From positions 15,562,001 through 15,626,000 of the forward strand of contig CM074511.1 of assembly GCA_037379345.1 (NCBI GenBank): DNA of 64,000 nucleotides. The letters run 5' to 3'. Below, piece by piece: positions 36,329 to 48,300 of the stretch (positions are counted from its first letter, which is position 1; every line of letters begins with the position of its first letter). Both the position numbers and the translations under genes were made by a program. The notes under the pieces were generated by a model. That model saw only the letters and a program-made list of their open reading frames with translations. It searched no databases and was not told where the DNA came from. Source of the stretch: Perna viridis. Its lineage: Eukaryota.

Positions 36329-39300
36329 AGGGATCATAGATAATTACGGATACGATAATGAACGTATCGGCGAGCAATGCCCGTTTACAAAAGGTTCTGC
36401 GATATGAACGTGTCTGACTAGACAGGTTGTACATTCATCATTGGCAATCTAGATCCTTCTGTACTCTTTGGTTTAATTTCGTGTATTGTTTGAGAGAACA
36501 AAATGACAAATAAAAGAAAGAAATTTGCACAATCCGCTCCTATAGCTTATTATCTTAAGAGTTTTTTTTTTCTGGTGTAAGAATCATTAAATCACAAAAA
36601 ATAGTTTTTGAAAAGCACACGTTTGAATGCAAGTAGTTATTATTGTCAGCACATATGAGGCATTGCAGCAGTTTTTTTACCGCTTTTACACAGAAGAAAA
36701 TGTGATTGTTAGCTAGGCTACCACGATGCCATGAAATGTTTTTTCGGTTTTTATCTTTGATAGATCAAACTTTGCTGAATTTTTAATTAACGTTTTCAAA
36801 ATTTATCTCGGTGGGCATATTCCCATAGATGATTTAAATCAAGTTAAAAGAAATCCGACTTTCTTTTACTCGATCTATCAAACCATTTTACAAGATTTGA
36901 TAGACAGGAAAAGAGAGACTTAATTTGGTTAGGATGCACTATTTATAAAGACAGAATAAATACAGAATGCATTATGTAATGTTTATCTTTAGAGTCTGGT
37001 CTACTTTGGTATAATATTTGTATTAAATTTCAGCATTTTTGTCCTTCCTACTAATTAAACCCAATCAAAAACCAATTATGGACTTAAAAAGCAAGGTTTA
37101 AACCATCAATAAGAAGTGCGTCAATTGCAGTTGCAAATATCATTTCATTATGGGATATCAACTTTCTACTTAATACACTTCAGCATATTATTTAATAAAT
37201 ATTAGTCTTTTACGCAAAAAAATAAAGTTTTGAATGATAGTAAAGAAAATTAAATCAATTGGTATTTGATCGTTCAGCATCTTCCTTTGAAAACTGTGTC
37301 TATCAATGGAAATAACTTATACAATGATTTCTATGCCTTGGTTTTCGGCTGTTCAATATAAATTTTGATTTGAGATTTTACCAATTATGGAAAAGTGGAC
37401 GTTATTTGTTAGTTGATTCAAAAGATAGAAAACACGTAATATTCATTGTTTGCTTGCGATACAAAGTCTTTCACAAGTCGATACATCTTTGATATATGAG
37501 TTTCCCAGAGGAAACATGCACTTTTTAAACAATACAGAATTTAAACAAAATAGTAAAAAGTCTGCATAGCCATTTAATTTATCCACCGGAGCTGCCTTTG
37601 ATGATTTTATAGCAGATATCGATGAAATATATCGTTTTCAGGGATAACGAAGAACATAGTTACTGCGATACTGGTACTTGATCTCACAGTTCCCTGGTAT
37701 TAATTCATCGAATCCTTTGTCTCATTAATGAATTTTGGCCTTGAATTATGATTTATGTAACTACATAACAAGTCTCTTGGCTCTTTATTCGTCTGGAAAA
37801 CCCATAAGTTTATTTATAAAGAGAGTGTTGCTGAGAAAGTAAAATTTGATATTGCTACGAGCAAATCTAGTAAACAGACACTGACCATTTGATTACCGGG
37901 GATCATAATACTGGGATTTTCATGTTTGATACTATACAAGTCAACTTTCCGGTAATAGTTCCATTTGACAACAGATTTACAGTTGGATTGCCTGTATATT
38001 GAGAGATGTTGGAGCACTGAAACTGAAATTATATAAAGCGACTTGATATTTTGCTATATTCAACTTTTACAAGTTATAAATTCCTTTGCAAAATTTTGCC
38101 GTTTGACATTTCGCCCAATCAAGTTTTATAGACTACACCCAAATATCTAACCGTCCAAGAAATAGATAAAACTACCAAATTCTAGATATGTCCAAAGTTC
38201 GGTTGATTACTTAACTTTACTCGTACATATTAGTGTTTTATTCGCAAATAAACAGGACACCAAAAAGTCTGGGTGGGTCAGAATGTCTTTGCGAAAACAA
38301 AAATGAGCTTTTGGGCTAAAATCAATCACAAATTTGATATGTTTGACACACATGATCAGTCCATGTCACCTGTAAGGTTACATACTTTCTATTTTTTCTT
38401 TGCTGACAGGTGATAGAACAATATTTATACAGCTTAGAAAACAAATAAGGACAAAATAGGTTTAAATCCCCGTAAAATCCTTGCACAGTCCTATCTAAAC
38501 CGTAATCTGAAATTGGTTGTGTCAAGGATTGTATCGCTATAGTACTCTTGCTGATAACATCTTTGGCTTCATAGAACTTTTCCCCAGTTTCACATTTTAG
38601 AAGAAACAATGAGGTATATAACAATTTCCTATACAACTAGTTTGTTATTTTACTACATTTGTCCATATCCCCAAACAATTCGAAAAAGTGTAATTTTTCT
38701 CGATGGGGTCGTGGAAAGCTCTGTTCATCTTAAGTAGCTTTTACTGGTTATACATGTAATTTTACTCTCAGTGTTTTAAAAGAGCAGCCAGATTCAGGTT
38801 ATGCTCAGAAACACACTTAGAATTAGAACAAACACCATAATTTTTTTCATCAACTTTTGATTTTTCCGATGATTAACTAATTTTAAACTCAATCACGGTG
38901 TCTTAGTAATGGTCCTATTACAATATAAGGCCAATTTTCAACAATTCTATCTTTTTATCTACATAATAATTTCATTACTCCCTAATCTAGTTATCTTAAC
39001 CATCTTAAGTAATGTTGTTTTAACTATTTCCCCGAGGACAGAACTATTAATTTCCTCATACTAAAGTGTTAATTGGCTTAATTTCGTTTCTAAATCGACA
39101 CTGAGAAAAGGTAGAAATGTGTTTCATGTATTCTGTTTGTTCTTTCCCGGCACCGGTTAAAATCAACACTGGAACCTGTTCATTGCCATTTTCGCTAAAA
39201 TAAATATGTAAAGAATATTAAAGAATTAAAATAAACAGCCTTGGGGAGGACACAATAGAATACGTATAGATTTACTTAGCCTGTTTGAAATTGTTGACCT

Positions 39301-39539
39301 GAAAATTAAAGGTGGTTTTTAAGTTAAAAAAATAACACAATTGGCAATCATTTCGGGTATAACTAGAACCAAACGGTCACGGTTTCAACTATCTTTGTTC
39401 CACGAGAAATTGTCTTCCTATTCTTTTTAATTGTAATTGATGCACATTTAAAATTTTTATCTCCATTATTGAGTTTTTTCAATGTTTTGTGCTAGTGTTT
39501 CGGTTCGACGCCACCGATTGTTAATTTAAGGTTTGACTA

Positions 39540-39722
39540 TGTCACCTAAAGTAGTCCAATCAAATCGGTTGTTACAAAGTAGTTCAGGTGAGAAATCTCA
39601 GGTGTAGTAGTAGAAGTCTTAACACTGAGTATAGCACAGGAAATAATTTATCTAAGGAGTACAAGTTGTTTTTCGTGTTTAAAATTTTATTTGATATGGA
39701 AAGGATACTAGATAAACATTGA
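39540..39722 (+). promoter_or_regulatory. Candidate promoter / non-coding first exon of the 42.7-kb gene
   Basis: CCAAT box (gtccaatcaaa ~39556); donor TGA|GTGAGT at 39722/39723; short uORF MERILDKH-stop. Confidence 0.3.
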
Positions 39723-42694
39723 GTGAGTATGAAACATTATATAGATTTTTTACTCTTCATTCCTTCCAATTTTCAAGAGGGTTCCAAAGAAAAAATATAA
39801 TACAATATTTTTCATAATTTCGTCCACTTAAGTTCAAATAGTCAATTAGATTTGGCTACTAATTAAAACGATTTTTTTTTTCGTTTTCATTATCAGAGTA
39901 ATAACAAAAGACTGTGCATAGACACCTTGATGCCATCTATGTGAATTGATTCAATTTAATAATCATCAAAAATCGTTTCAAATTTCATTTCAACTTCAAA
40001 CTTCAGATAATGAGCAACATTTATAGGGTCACTTTCATAAAATTGTTGTTAAAAGTTAACCGTTAAAATAACCATTACAAAATCAAGGTTAACTGTCCAT
40101 CTAATTGAAAGTATAAATCAATCTAAACTGACTTTTAGAGGAGATAAAATCACGGAGATGGGTAGCCTGTCTGAGTATGTCGTATTGGGGAAAATTTTAT
40201 TAAATAAAGATCCTTTCAAAGATTGAAGTTTAAGTAGTTTTTGAGATAAGAGATCATTGCTTTAATATAAGTTAAATGGGAAACCTTATGCGGAGTGAAT
40301 TTCGTTATTGGTCGTAAATAATTCCGAGGGATTCTTTTTGTAATAGAAAACAGTTTGGAATTTTCGTAGTTTTCTGATATACACATTTTATTTATGGACG
40401 GAAAATCAAATTGTATAAAGTTAATAAATGTGAGGAAAAAGTAAAACCCGAAAGTACAAGCATGTCAATTTCAAACTACTTGTTGCAATTTTCATGGAAA
40501 CCGATAATTTCTACATATATTTGAAATGCTCATCACTAAATTGTTGAATTACGGAATATTTATACTGTTATAGACAATCCCATGGCTACTTTTTATCAAG
40601 TGCAAATAAAAAAATCCAATTTGTTTTTACTTTAACACGAACCGGTCTTTTCAAGGTTCATTTTTATAACTTTTTGGCCTTCCTGTTATTCCAACACCGA
40701 CCACAGTTATGGTAGGAGGCGACACTAATCTGCTAAGGGTACAAAAAGAAGATTCTGACGGAACATTCAGTGCATGGTATTATCACTAATAATTGAATAA
40801 TATGAAAAATATGCCCAAACAGCTGATACAATGTCTCGGATATCAAATTATACCATAAAAATAAGTACATTTTATTCGTTATGGTAAATTATGAATGCTA
40901 TTTTTTTTTATCTTGATATGATTGGTGAAGATACAGAGTCTTGAATAGTATTTTGAAGACCAAAGCTCCTGATTTATTAATGAAGAGAACATTTTTTTAA
41001 GTTATTTATGTGATTTAAACCTTTAAATATTGGTCAGAATATGATAATACTCAATTTTTAAAGGATGTTACAAAAAACTACCATAATACTCCATATATAA
41101 ATGTATGAACAGATAGACAAACAACTCAACATGTCAATTGTGACAAATATGAGCGATTTCTAAAAAGCCGTGATCAAACTGGGATGACAAACTATGTGAT
41201 AAGTAAAATGCTAATTATACCTGGATATATACCTGTAAAAAGTTTATCAGGTGTGAAAAATGATCTATGATATTCTTTGTTGAGAAAGTGTGAGATCCAC
41301 TTCCTCGGCTTTTATTACTTGAAAGTCCCGTCACTAACAAACCACAAACTCTCTCTTTTTATCAGAGAACGGATTCATTACAGATAAAAGAAGAAAAGAT
41401 CCTTAAATCATCATGTTACTAACACAGATGTTTTTGTAAAACAAAACAATTACAAAAAGTCAACCAAAAAGTAAATGTCAAGGTTTTCCGTTATCAGACG
41501 TAACATTTGATCGCTGTCAACATTCTTTAGTTTTTTTTAACCATGAAAGCATGAGTAACGTCATTAGATTTCCATCCTGTTGAAGACCCCTAGCTCGGTC
41601 AGTTAGTTGGTTTTTTCTAAAGGACTCTCTCTGCTTTGGATAACTCTTTTGATCGATATACACATCATGCTTCCGTATGTTTACGAAAACAAGTACTATC
41701 TTTAATCCAAATCCGATGTAGATTTTATTTGATGACCTGCGTGATCACTATGCTATGTTCCGCATTTCAATTATTTGGCTGGTGTAAAATCTCGTCTGTT
41801 TGAATATTCTCTATCTTCTGCATTACTTTTTTTAAATAATTATCTACTGTGTTTACTGATCTTTTATTTTAGTTTTTACAAAATTAAAAGAAACACATTT
41901 AATGCAGCTAAATCACGACTGTCGTTAAACACAACTACTTATCACATAAATCTGTTTATATCAGTATACGTAGGGAGGTAAAACGAATTAATTTTCATAG
42001 TCCATGAAGGTCGAAGCAACCATCCGGTGTCAAATACCCAAATGTGCCATCATGAAATAACAAGCCACTGATGAACACACCAAAAAAGGGAAACCAATTA
42101 ATACCTGGGAAGGGTTTAAAGGTCATTTACCAGTCTTTTCCTTACATCTTTGTTCACTTAAAGGTGTTGAATCTTAAATAATCTTATTTAAATAATAACC
42201 CAATAACTTCAAGGGTGACGACCCATTTCAAAGCATTATCCATTGGCCATTTTTCAATGTCACATTTCATAAAACGCAACTTAGTGAAGTGATTTCTGTA
42301 GAAGCATTATCCAAATGAATCTCTAAAATATTCATTGTATCTTGTCTCGCGATTCGTGGCCTTAGGCTTAAACTTGTTCGTGTGTTGTGATTTTTACCCC
42401 CGATAAGAGGACATATGACAACTTTGAGGACATACGAAAAAAAAATGTTCATAAAAGAGCACACAGGCAAAACTTCGATGACGCCATTGAAAAATAGATT
42501 TATATTTATATGAAATTCGACCTTCCATTTCGGCCGTAAATGAGTTATATTTGAAGGTTCTATTTCTTTTTTCTACAAGATCAGACAGGTAGTCTTCTTT
42601 TAAGTAAAAACCATAATTTCAATCTGATGACAATTATTAGAATGCTGTGTAACTTTTAGTTTATTTAGATAAATAAAGGCCTTTTTTCTTTCAG

Positions 42695-45382
42695 AATGAC
42701 CTCCGAAACAGTGGAGATGACTTGACTAATCAGATGTGGTTGATGTATGTAACGTTTGAGGATTTTATATATTTATCATACCCAGGGAAATCAGAAGCAA
42801 TACTGTCAACGCGTGTTGATATAAACAATTATTTCCAAAGAAGTACTATCTCGAAATCCCATAAATCTGTGAAACAAGCAAGTGATAACGCAGATAAAGC
42901 AACCGAAGAAACGTGTGAAGAAGATAAAAAGAGACTAAATCAGAGCGATGAACATCGAATTCGGAGCGAGTTAAAACACCAATACGGAGAGGTTATCTTC
43001 TCCCATCGGTTTGCAAGAAAACGTCGTCTCAATTCGCTGACTACGGACAATACAGCATTTGACGGAGAGACAATCGATGTGTATGGTGCTAGAAACAATT
43101 TAGACAACTTTGGATCGGATTGCATTGATATGCCTTATCGCGATAAGCAAAAGATGCACGATCGTAAAAAGAAAGATCACAGATCAAATGTGACAATAAC
43201 AAAGGATTATGGGTTTGGCAATTCATGGAGAATCCGTCAATCAGGAGATGTAATTAGGAATTGTCGTTTAAATGATCAATTAGTGAACCATAATGCCTCA
43301 GAGCAAAACCCGAGGACCAAAAACCTACCCGACAATACTGGATGTCAGCGTGATAATCCCCAATTTAAACTACAAAATAGGAGTTTAAACGGGCCAGCTG
43401 ATCATTGTGTGGGATTAAGTCCTCGTAATGCTTATCCTCGGGATGTAAGCTGTAATAACCATTTAAATTTGAGCTGTAGTGCTACTAATACACCACTTTC
43501 GTTGGATTTAACGAGGGAACTAAACTGGCATAATAACATATTAAACGTCTCTGCTTTCAATCCAGGTGATTCAAAAAGTGCAAGATTTCGTTTAAAATTG
43601 GATCTACAGAACAAAATATCACCTCAGAGTCCGCGGCGAGCTATTTCAAAAGAGGACGTTATCAGCTCGCATGATACCAGTGCAACCGAATTGCCAAGAT
43701 CTGTTTCGTTTGATAATGTGCTAACACCGGAACAAGAAATGCCATCTAAAGCTCTCTCATGTGAATCTTCTCCTGTGACTATCTCAAGTGGATACGAAAG
43801 TGATTCTTTGCCTACAAACGAGGCTGACATAGACAATATTTTTGTTCAAGGAAAAAAGCGAGAACAAAACAGAACAGTTCCTCCAATGGAATTACCAATT
43901 GACTACTTTTCTATGTCGGATAGTCACCCTTCACCCCACGGACAAAAACCTATATGTTCAATTGCAATGGTGACCCGTAAACCGGAGACATTTGTGCAAA
44001 ATGAATTGATAGAGCAATCAAATTCAAATCAACCAGTTTCAAAGGACACTAGACCGCCGATGCAGTCTCCAAGGGAGAATGTTGACAATCAAACACAAGC
44101 CCGGTTTTCACCGGCACAAATAAACAATTATCAACTGACAAAGGTCGCACGTTCGATGTTTGAGATTATACATGATTTGCAGACAGAGAAAGAGCAGGAA
44201 AACAAAGCAAAATCTCGAAAACCTAAGCGCCATGTTCAGTGGCGAAAAGATAGGACAGATGTCGTTAGAAAGCCGTTAAATAATAACAGTGAAAACGAAA
44301 ATTTTCTAAATTTAAGTGCAAGTCAACGGGAAAATTGTGAACAATTGCAACAAGCTATCAATCCCGCCCAATTGTCGGCGAATGGTAAAGTGTCCGTTAA
44401 ATGTTTGAGGCGACCTTTGGGGAGTGACCCAACGTTCCAAAACCGACAATTTCTACCTCATAGCTCCGAATTTGATAGACTGACATATCTGAAAGACAGT
44501 TATCCTGAAATAGGCGTTTTAACAAGTTCTGATAAATATCCAGAATTTTCGCGACAGTTCAGTGAACCAGAAATGAGACAAGAAATAAATTCAGACAACT
44601 TTCAAATGAACCATTCTTTCGACTCGAGAGCCACTCGACATCAAATTGTGTTCGATGGCTGTGCGCCTTATGCAACCACAAAGCTTCCCGGTTGTTCACC
44701 GTATGCAACAACTAGACTGCCCGGATGCCAGACTCCTCGTCGTGATGAAAGGGACGATCATGTGTATGAAACTATTCCGGGTGATGATTTATTGCAATAT
44801 GAAGAAATAATTCGAATGAGGTTAAATGGTTTACTCCCTCACACTGGCAAGTATTTTCCCCCGGCGTTGCCAGCTCGAAATGTGAATGATAGAAAAATGT
44901 CAGAGCCAGTGACAAAAGAATGGAATGCAAACTTTCGTATGCAACAAAACTTTATCCCTAATCTCAAAGTGGCACAATCTCATAAAACAAATGCCAAATC
45001 TACCTCATGTGATAATAGACAACCATTGAACAAACCCAGATCGTATTCATATGACCCTACTGATGCAGCTAAAAGTGTTCCGAATGAATTATTCTCTCGA
45101 TGGTCGGCTGCAGATTTGCTAAATTATATCGATGATATTCGACAACCTCCACCAAAACGGAGGGAAAACTTTTATCATCTATTAGACAGCAAACAGAAAA
45201 GGGCATGCTTTTCCGAGTCGTTGGAAATCGAAAATAAAATCAAAAATATGGGCATAGCTTTAGAAGAACGGGAACGCTTCCGCATATCCGAAGATGGATA
45301 TACAACTATGGACGGCGATTCACTGGATATGCCACCGCCATTTTGTGGTAGTTTACAAAATATGCAATCAACATACGTGTAA
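42695..45382 (+). CDS. Large terminal coding exon of a disordered pTyr/SH3/PDZ-motif adaptor-like protein (~885-895 aa)
   Basis: 886-aa ORF; strong acceptor ttttttctttcag at 42694 in phase 0; first in-frame ATG 42734; motifs PYATT x2, HVYETI, YEEI, PPALPAR, YTTM, C-terminal STYV. Confidence 0.85.
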   Translation, partial: NDLRNSGDDLTNQMWLMYVTFEDFIYLSYPGKSEAILSTRVDINNYFQRSTISKSHKSVKQASDNADKATEETCEEDKKRLNQSDEHRIRSELKHQYGEVIFSHRFARKRRLNSLTTDNTAFDGETIDVYGARNNLDNFGSDCIDMPYRDKQKMHDRKKKDHRSNVTITKDYGFGNSWRIRQSGDVIRNCRLNDQLVNHNASEQNPRTKNLPDNTGCQRDNPQFKLQNRSLNGPADHCVGLSPRNAYPRDVSCNNHLNLSCSATNTPLSLDLTRELNWHNNILNVSAFNPGDSKSARFRLKLDLQNKISPQSPRRAISKEDVISSHDTSATELPRSVSFDNVLTPEQEMPSKALSCESSPVTISSGYESDSLPTNEADIDNIFVQGKKREQNRTVPPMELPIDYFSMSDSHPSPHGQKPICSIAMVTRKPETFVQNELIEQSNSNQPVSKDTRPPMQSPRENVDNQTQARFSPAQINNYQLTKVARSMFEIIHDLQTEKEQENKAKSRKPKRHVQWRKDRTDVVRKPLNNNSENENFLNLSASQRENCEQLQQAINPAQLSANGKVSVKCLRRPLGSDPTFQNRQFLPHSSEFDRLTYLKDSYPEIGVLTSSDKYPEFSRQFSEPEMRQEINSDNFQMNHSFDSRATRHQIVFDGCAPYATTKLPGCSPYATTRLPGCQTPRRDERDDHVYETIPGDDLLQYEEIIRMRLNGLLPHTGKYFPPALPARNVNDRKMSEPVTKEWNANFRMQQNFIPNLKVAQSHKTNAKSTSCDNRQPLNKPRSYSYDPTDAAKSVPNELFSRWSAADLLNYIDDIRQPPPKRRENFYHLLDSKQKRACFSESLEIENKIKNMGIALEERERFRISEDGYTTMDGDSLDMPPPFCGSLQNMQSTYV

Positions 45383-48300
45383 AATGTGCAATTGACAAAT
45401 GATATACGAGTTCAATGTTTAAGTTCGTAGATTTCCGTTTTATAGCGGACACGGGTGTATTAATGATTTGATCTCACGCAGACTATGTACGGACGATAAA
45501 TGTCCTACACTAATAGTGCTAAATGGCTGTGATGTTTTTGAATGTGTTTGTGATATTGTAAGTCAAGTTTGTGGGTGTTTAATTATTGTATTTGATATAC
45601 AATATTAAATAATGAGAAAATCATACAGTTGTTAGGTTTACATCAAATAATGCATAAAACAAGCGGTGAAGAGGTGTTCGTACATATACCAAGAATACCA
45701 AGTTCTGGGTTTGATTTAGTATTAGTAAGTACACGCATGCATGTTTGTTTAAAAACAACATAGCAATGAAAAGAAAAACAAATCATGCTTTTTGAGGTGT
45801 CTTGTATTAGTTTCTGTTCTTATCTTCTATATTTGTAAAAGTTCTTCCATCTTCCAACTGTTTGCCAAACAAAAATCAATCTCAATTGATACAAAATAAT
45901 AATAACTCTCTTTTGCTGTGAAAGAGGTCACCAAAAGGTCTTTCACAAGTGTAAGCACACCTTTTTAAAAAGCTCTGGAAGGCCCCAACAGCAAAAGTAC
46001 TAAAATCCACGGTAACAGAACGATGATGACATTTCTTCACAAATAACACTAATAAAATGCTTCGGAGCGCAGCTAGATACACCAACAGAAGCCGAATCCT
46101 GAACAGATGGGGCTAATGTGGACACGGTCAAATAACTTATATCTAAATACTTTCAGTAGACTTCTAAAAGATATGAACAGACGACTTGCAAAGTGCTTTC
46201 TATAAATTTCAGAAGTTTGATAAACAAAAAACAAAACCCTAGATCAAAAGAAAAACAATTCACAATGTCACTTCCTTTAGGTTTTTGAGTTAAAGTAAAA
46301 GAAAAAAAGGTTTCCCCATATTTGTATAAACTCAAAGATGCAAAAAAATATATAAAACAAAAGGAAGCTTACACTAATAGCAATCAACTATTCAATAAAG
46401 TTTAATCAAAATTGCATGAAGAATTCGCAAATATCCTATCTCTTTTTATATCAAATTCCTACGCAGGCAGGGAATTTTCATGAGGAATCCAAATCCTTTT
46501 TATTCAAAATCAGACCAGAAATATAAGTTTTTTAAAGGGGGTAGCACCACTTTGGCCACCAAAATACTAACAATGCCAGATGACATTTAAACTCTCTTAA
46601 ATATTCTTAAAACAGAATTGTATAAGAAACAAATTTTTAAAAAAAACGTCAAAATTAAATTTGAAGTAAACCTTCTACATCAATTTTAAATAAACACCTA
46701 TTTACCTTGGTTCCCATGATTACTCTTCTCTTTACCTCTTTTGACTCAATTTTCCAGTAGGGGCCAATGACCCCCATTTTAAATAGCAAGCTTTCTTTAA
46801 CACAAAGTAATAATATATCAAATTCCATGACATATGGTTTACTACAACTAAAGTTAAAGCCAAAAAAAAACAAACAAACAAACAAACAAAAAAAAAAACA
46901 ACGCCGACGACGACAACAACGACACCACAACATAATACGCAATTTTTTGCGGTCGTATAAAATCTGGTTGAGCAATATCATTTCTAATGAAAACCGACAA
47001 GTTATTTTATATATTTTTGTATCCAAGTTTTGTAACGGCGAAAAAAAAAATTGGTAAATGTTTGTCACGGCAATACTTCTGATGCAAAAGCGTTCTGAGA
47101 AAACAGTTAAGATGACCTAAATTTACGTTTTTCGAGGTTTTGTTACTGTAAAAAGTTTGTTTTTTTTTTCATGAAAAATACTTTTACACTGAGAGGGAAA
47201 AAGAGCGGTTCCGAAGAGTGCTCCCCGCTTAAAACCCATATAAAAATTATATTTATGTACACAGCGGAACACAATTCTCACAGAAAAAGTTGCAATGCAT
47301 ATCTAAACTTGTCCCGATATAGACTGCCTTCGAATATATGTTGAAAATAGTTTGTAGGTTGAGCTATATCAACTTGAAAAAAAAAACCTTTCCATCAAAC
47401 ATGTATACACACAACACTGGTCGTTCGAACTACAGTTAAAGAATATAAATAATGGACAATCCTCTTAGGCCAATTATTTCGTACCCTTCCCTCTAAATGA
47501 AAGGAGCCGCTGCAGTGTAGCTCTTGGGCACATGTTTAAATATACCGTATAAACAGTCCTTTTCTAACGGTGCAGCTCGATGCATTTCACACGAGGCATT
47601 ATTTATAGCTGCGTAAAAGTCAGAAAGATTAGTATTACGATTTATTTTCAATGGATAAACGCAGATTTGATTAAGTTTTAATACATACAACACCAACAAA
47701 CTTCTCGCGAAAGGTTAAGTTTCGGTTAACAAAATGACCTATTAAAAATGCTTACAAAAACACAGTCTTCTTTCAAAACGGTTTACATATGCACATATTG
47801 ATAAACAAATTTTAACATGCAAATTATTTTTACTATACAAAATAAAAAGACGGGAAGGTTCGTAAGATAAGAAAGAATTTCTTAACATTTTACTATCATG
47901 CAGTAAAGGGCATCTGTAATACTATTGATTTTTGTGAATGAAGCTCAAGTAAGCAAGGTAGTAACCGCGGAGTAAACATAAACAGAAATCTTGATGAATT
48001 ACATTAGAGGTAGTATTGGACACGGACAAAATGTCTACTCTTTATTTGACCATTATCGAGTCAAATCAAATCAAACAAACAAACAATACAACCCCCCCCT
48101 AAAAAAAAAAAAAATAATAATAATAATAGCAGTTACAATCCGACTAACCTAAAAGTGACAACACAACTAACAAAATTAAAAAAAAAGAGTCTTATAGTCT
48201 AGGTTTAAAGAAATAAACCAACTATGATTTTATGGCTTCAACGGCAAAGAGTCAGCACTTGAAGTCTTTTACTTTCCCACGATAAATAATGAAACTCTTG

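Noticed and set aside
45086-45145. SAM-domain-like start LFSRWSAADLLNYIDDI in gene 2
   Set aside because: Only the first helix resembles SAM; it is followed by QPPPKRR rather than the rest of the fold
46655-47068. 137-aa and 96-aa ORFs with basic or hydrophobic runs
   Set aside because: Derived from AAAC/CGA simple repeats
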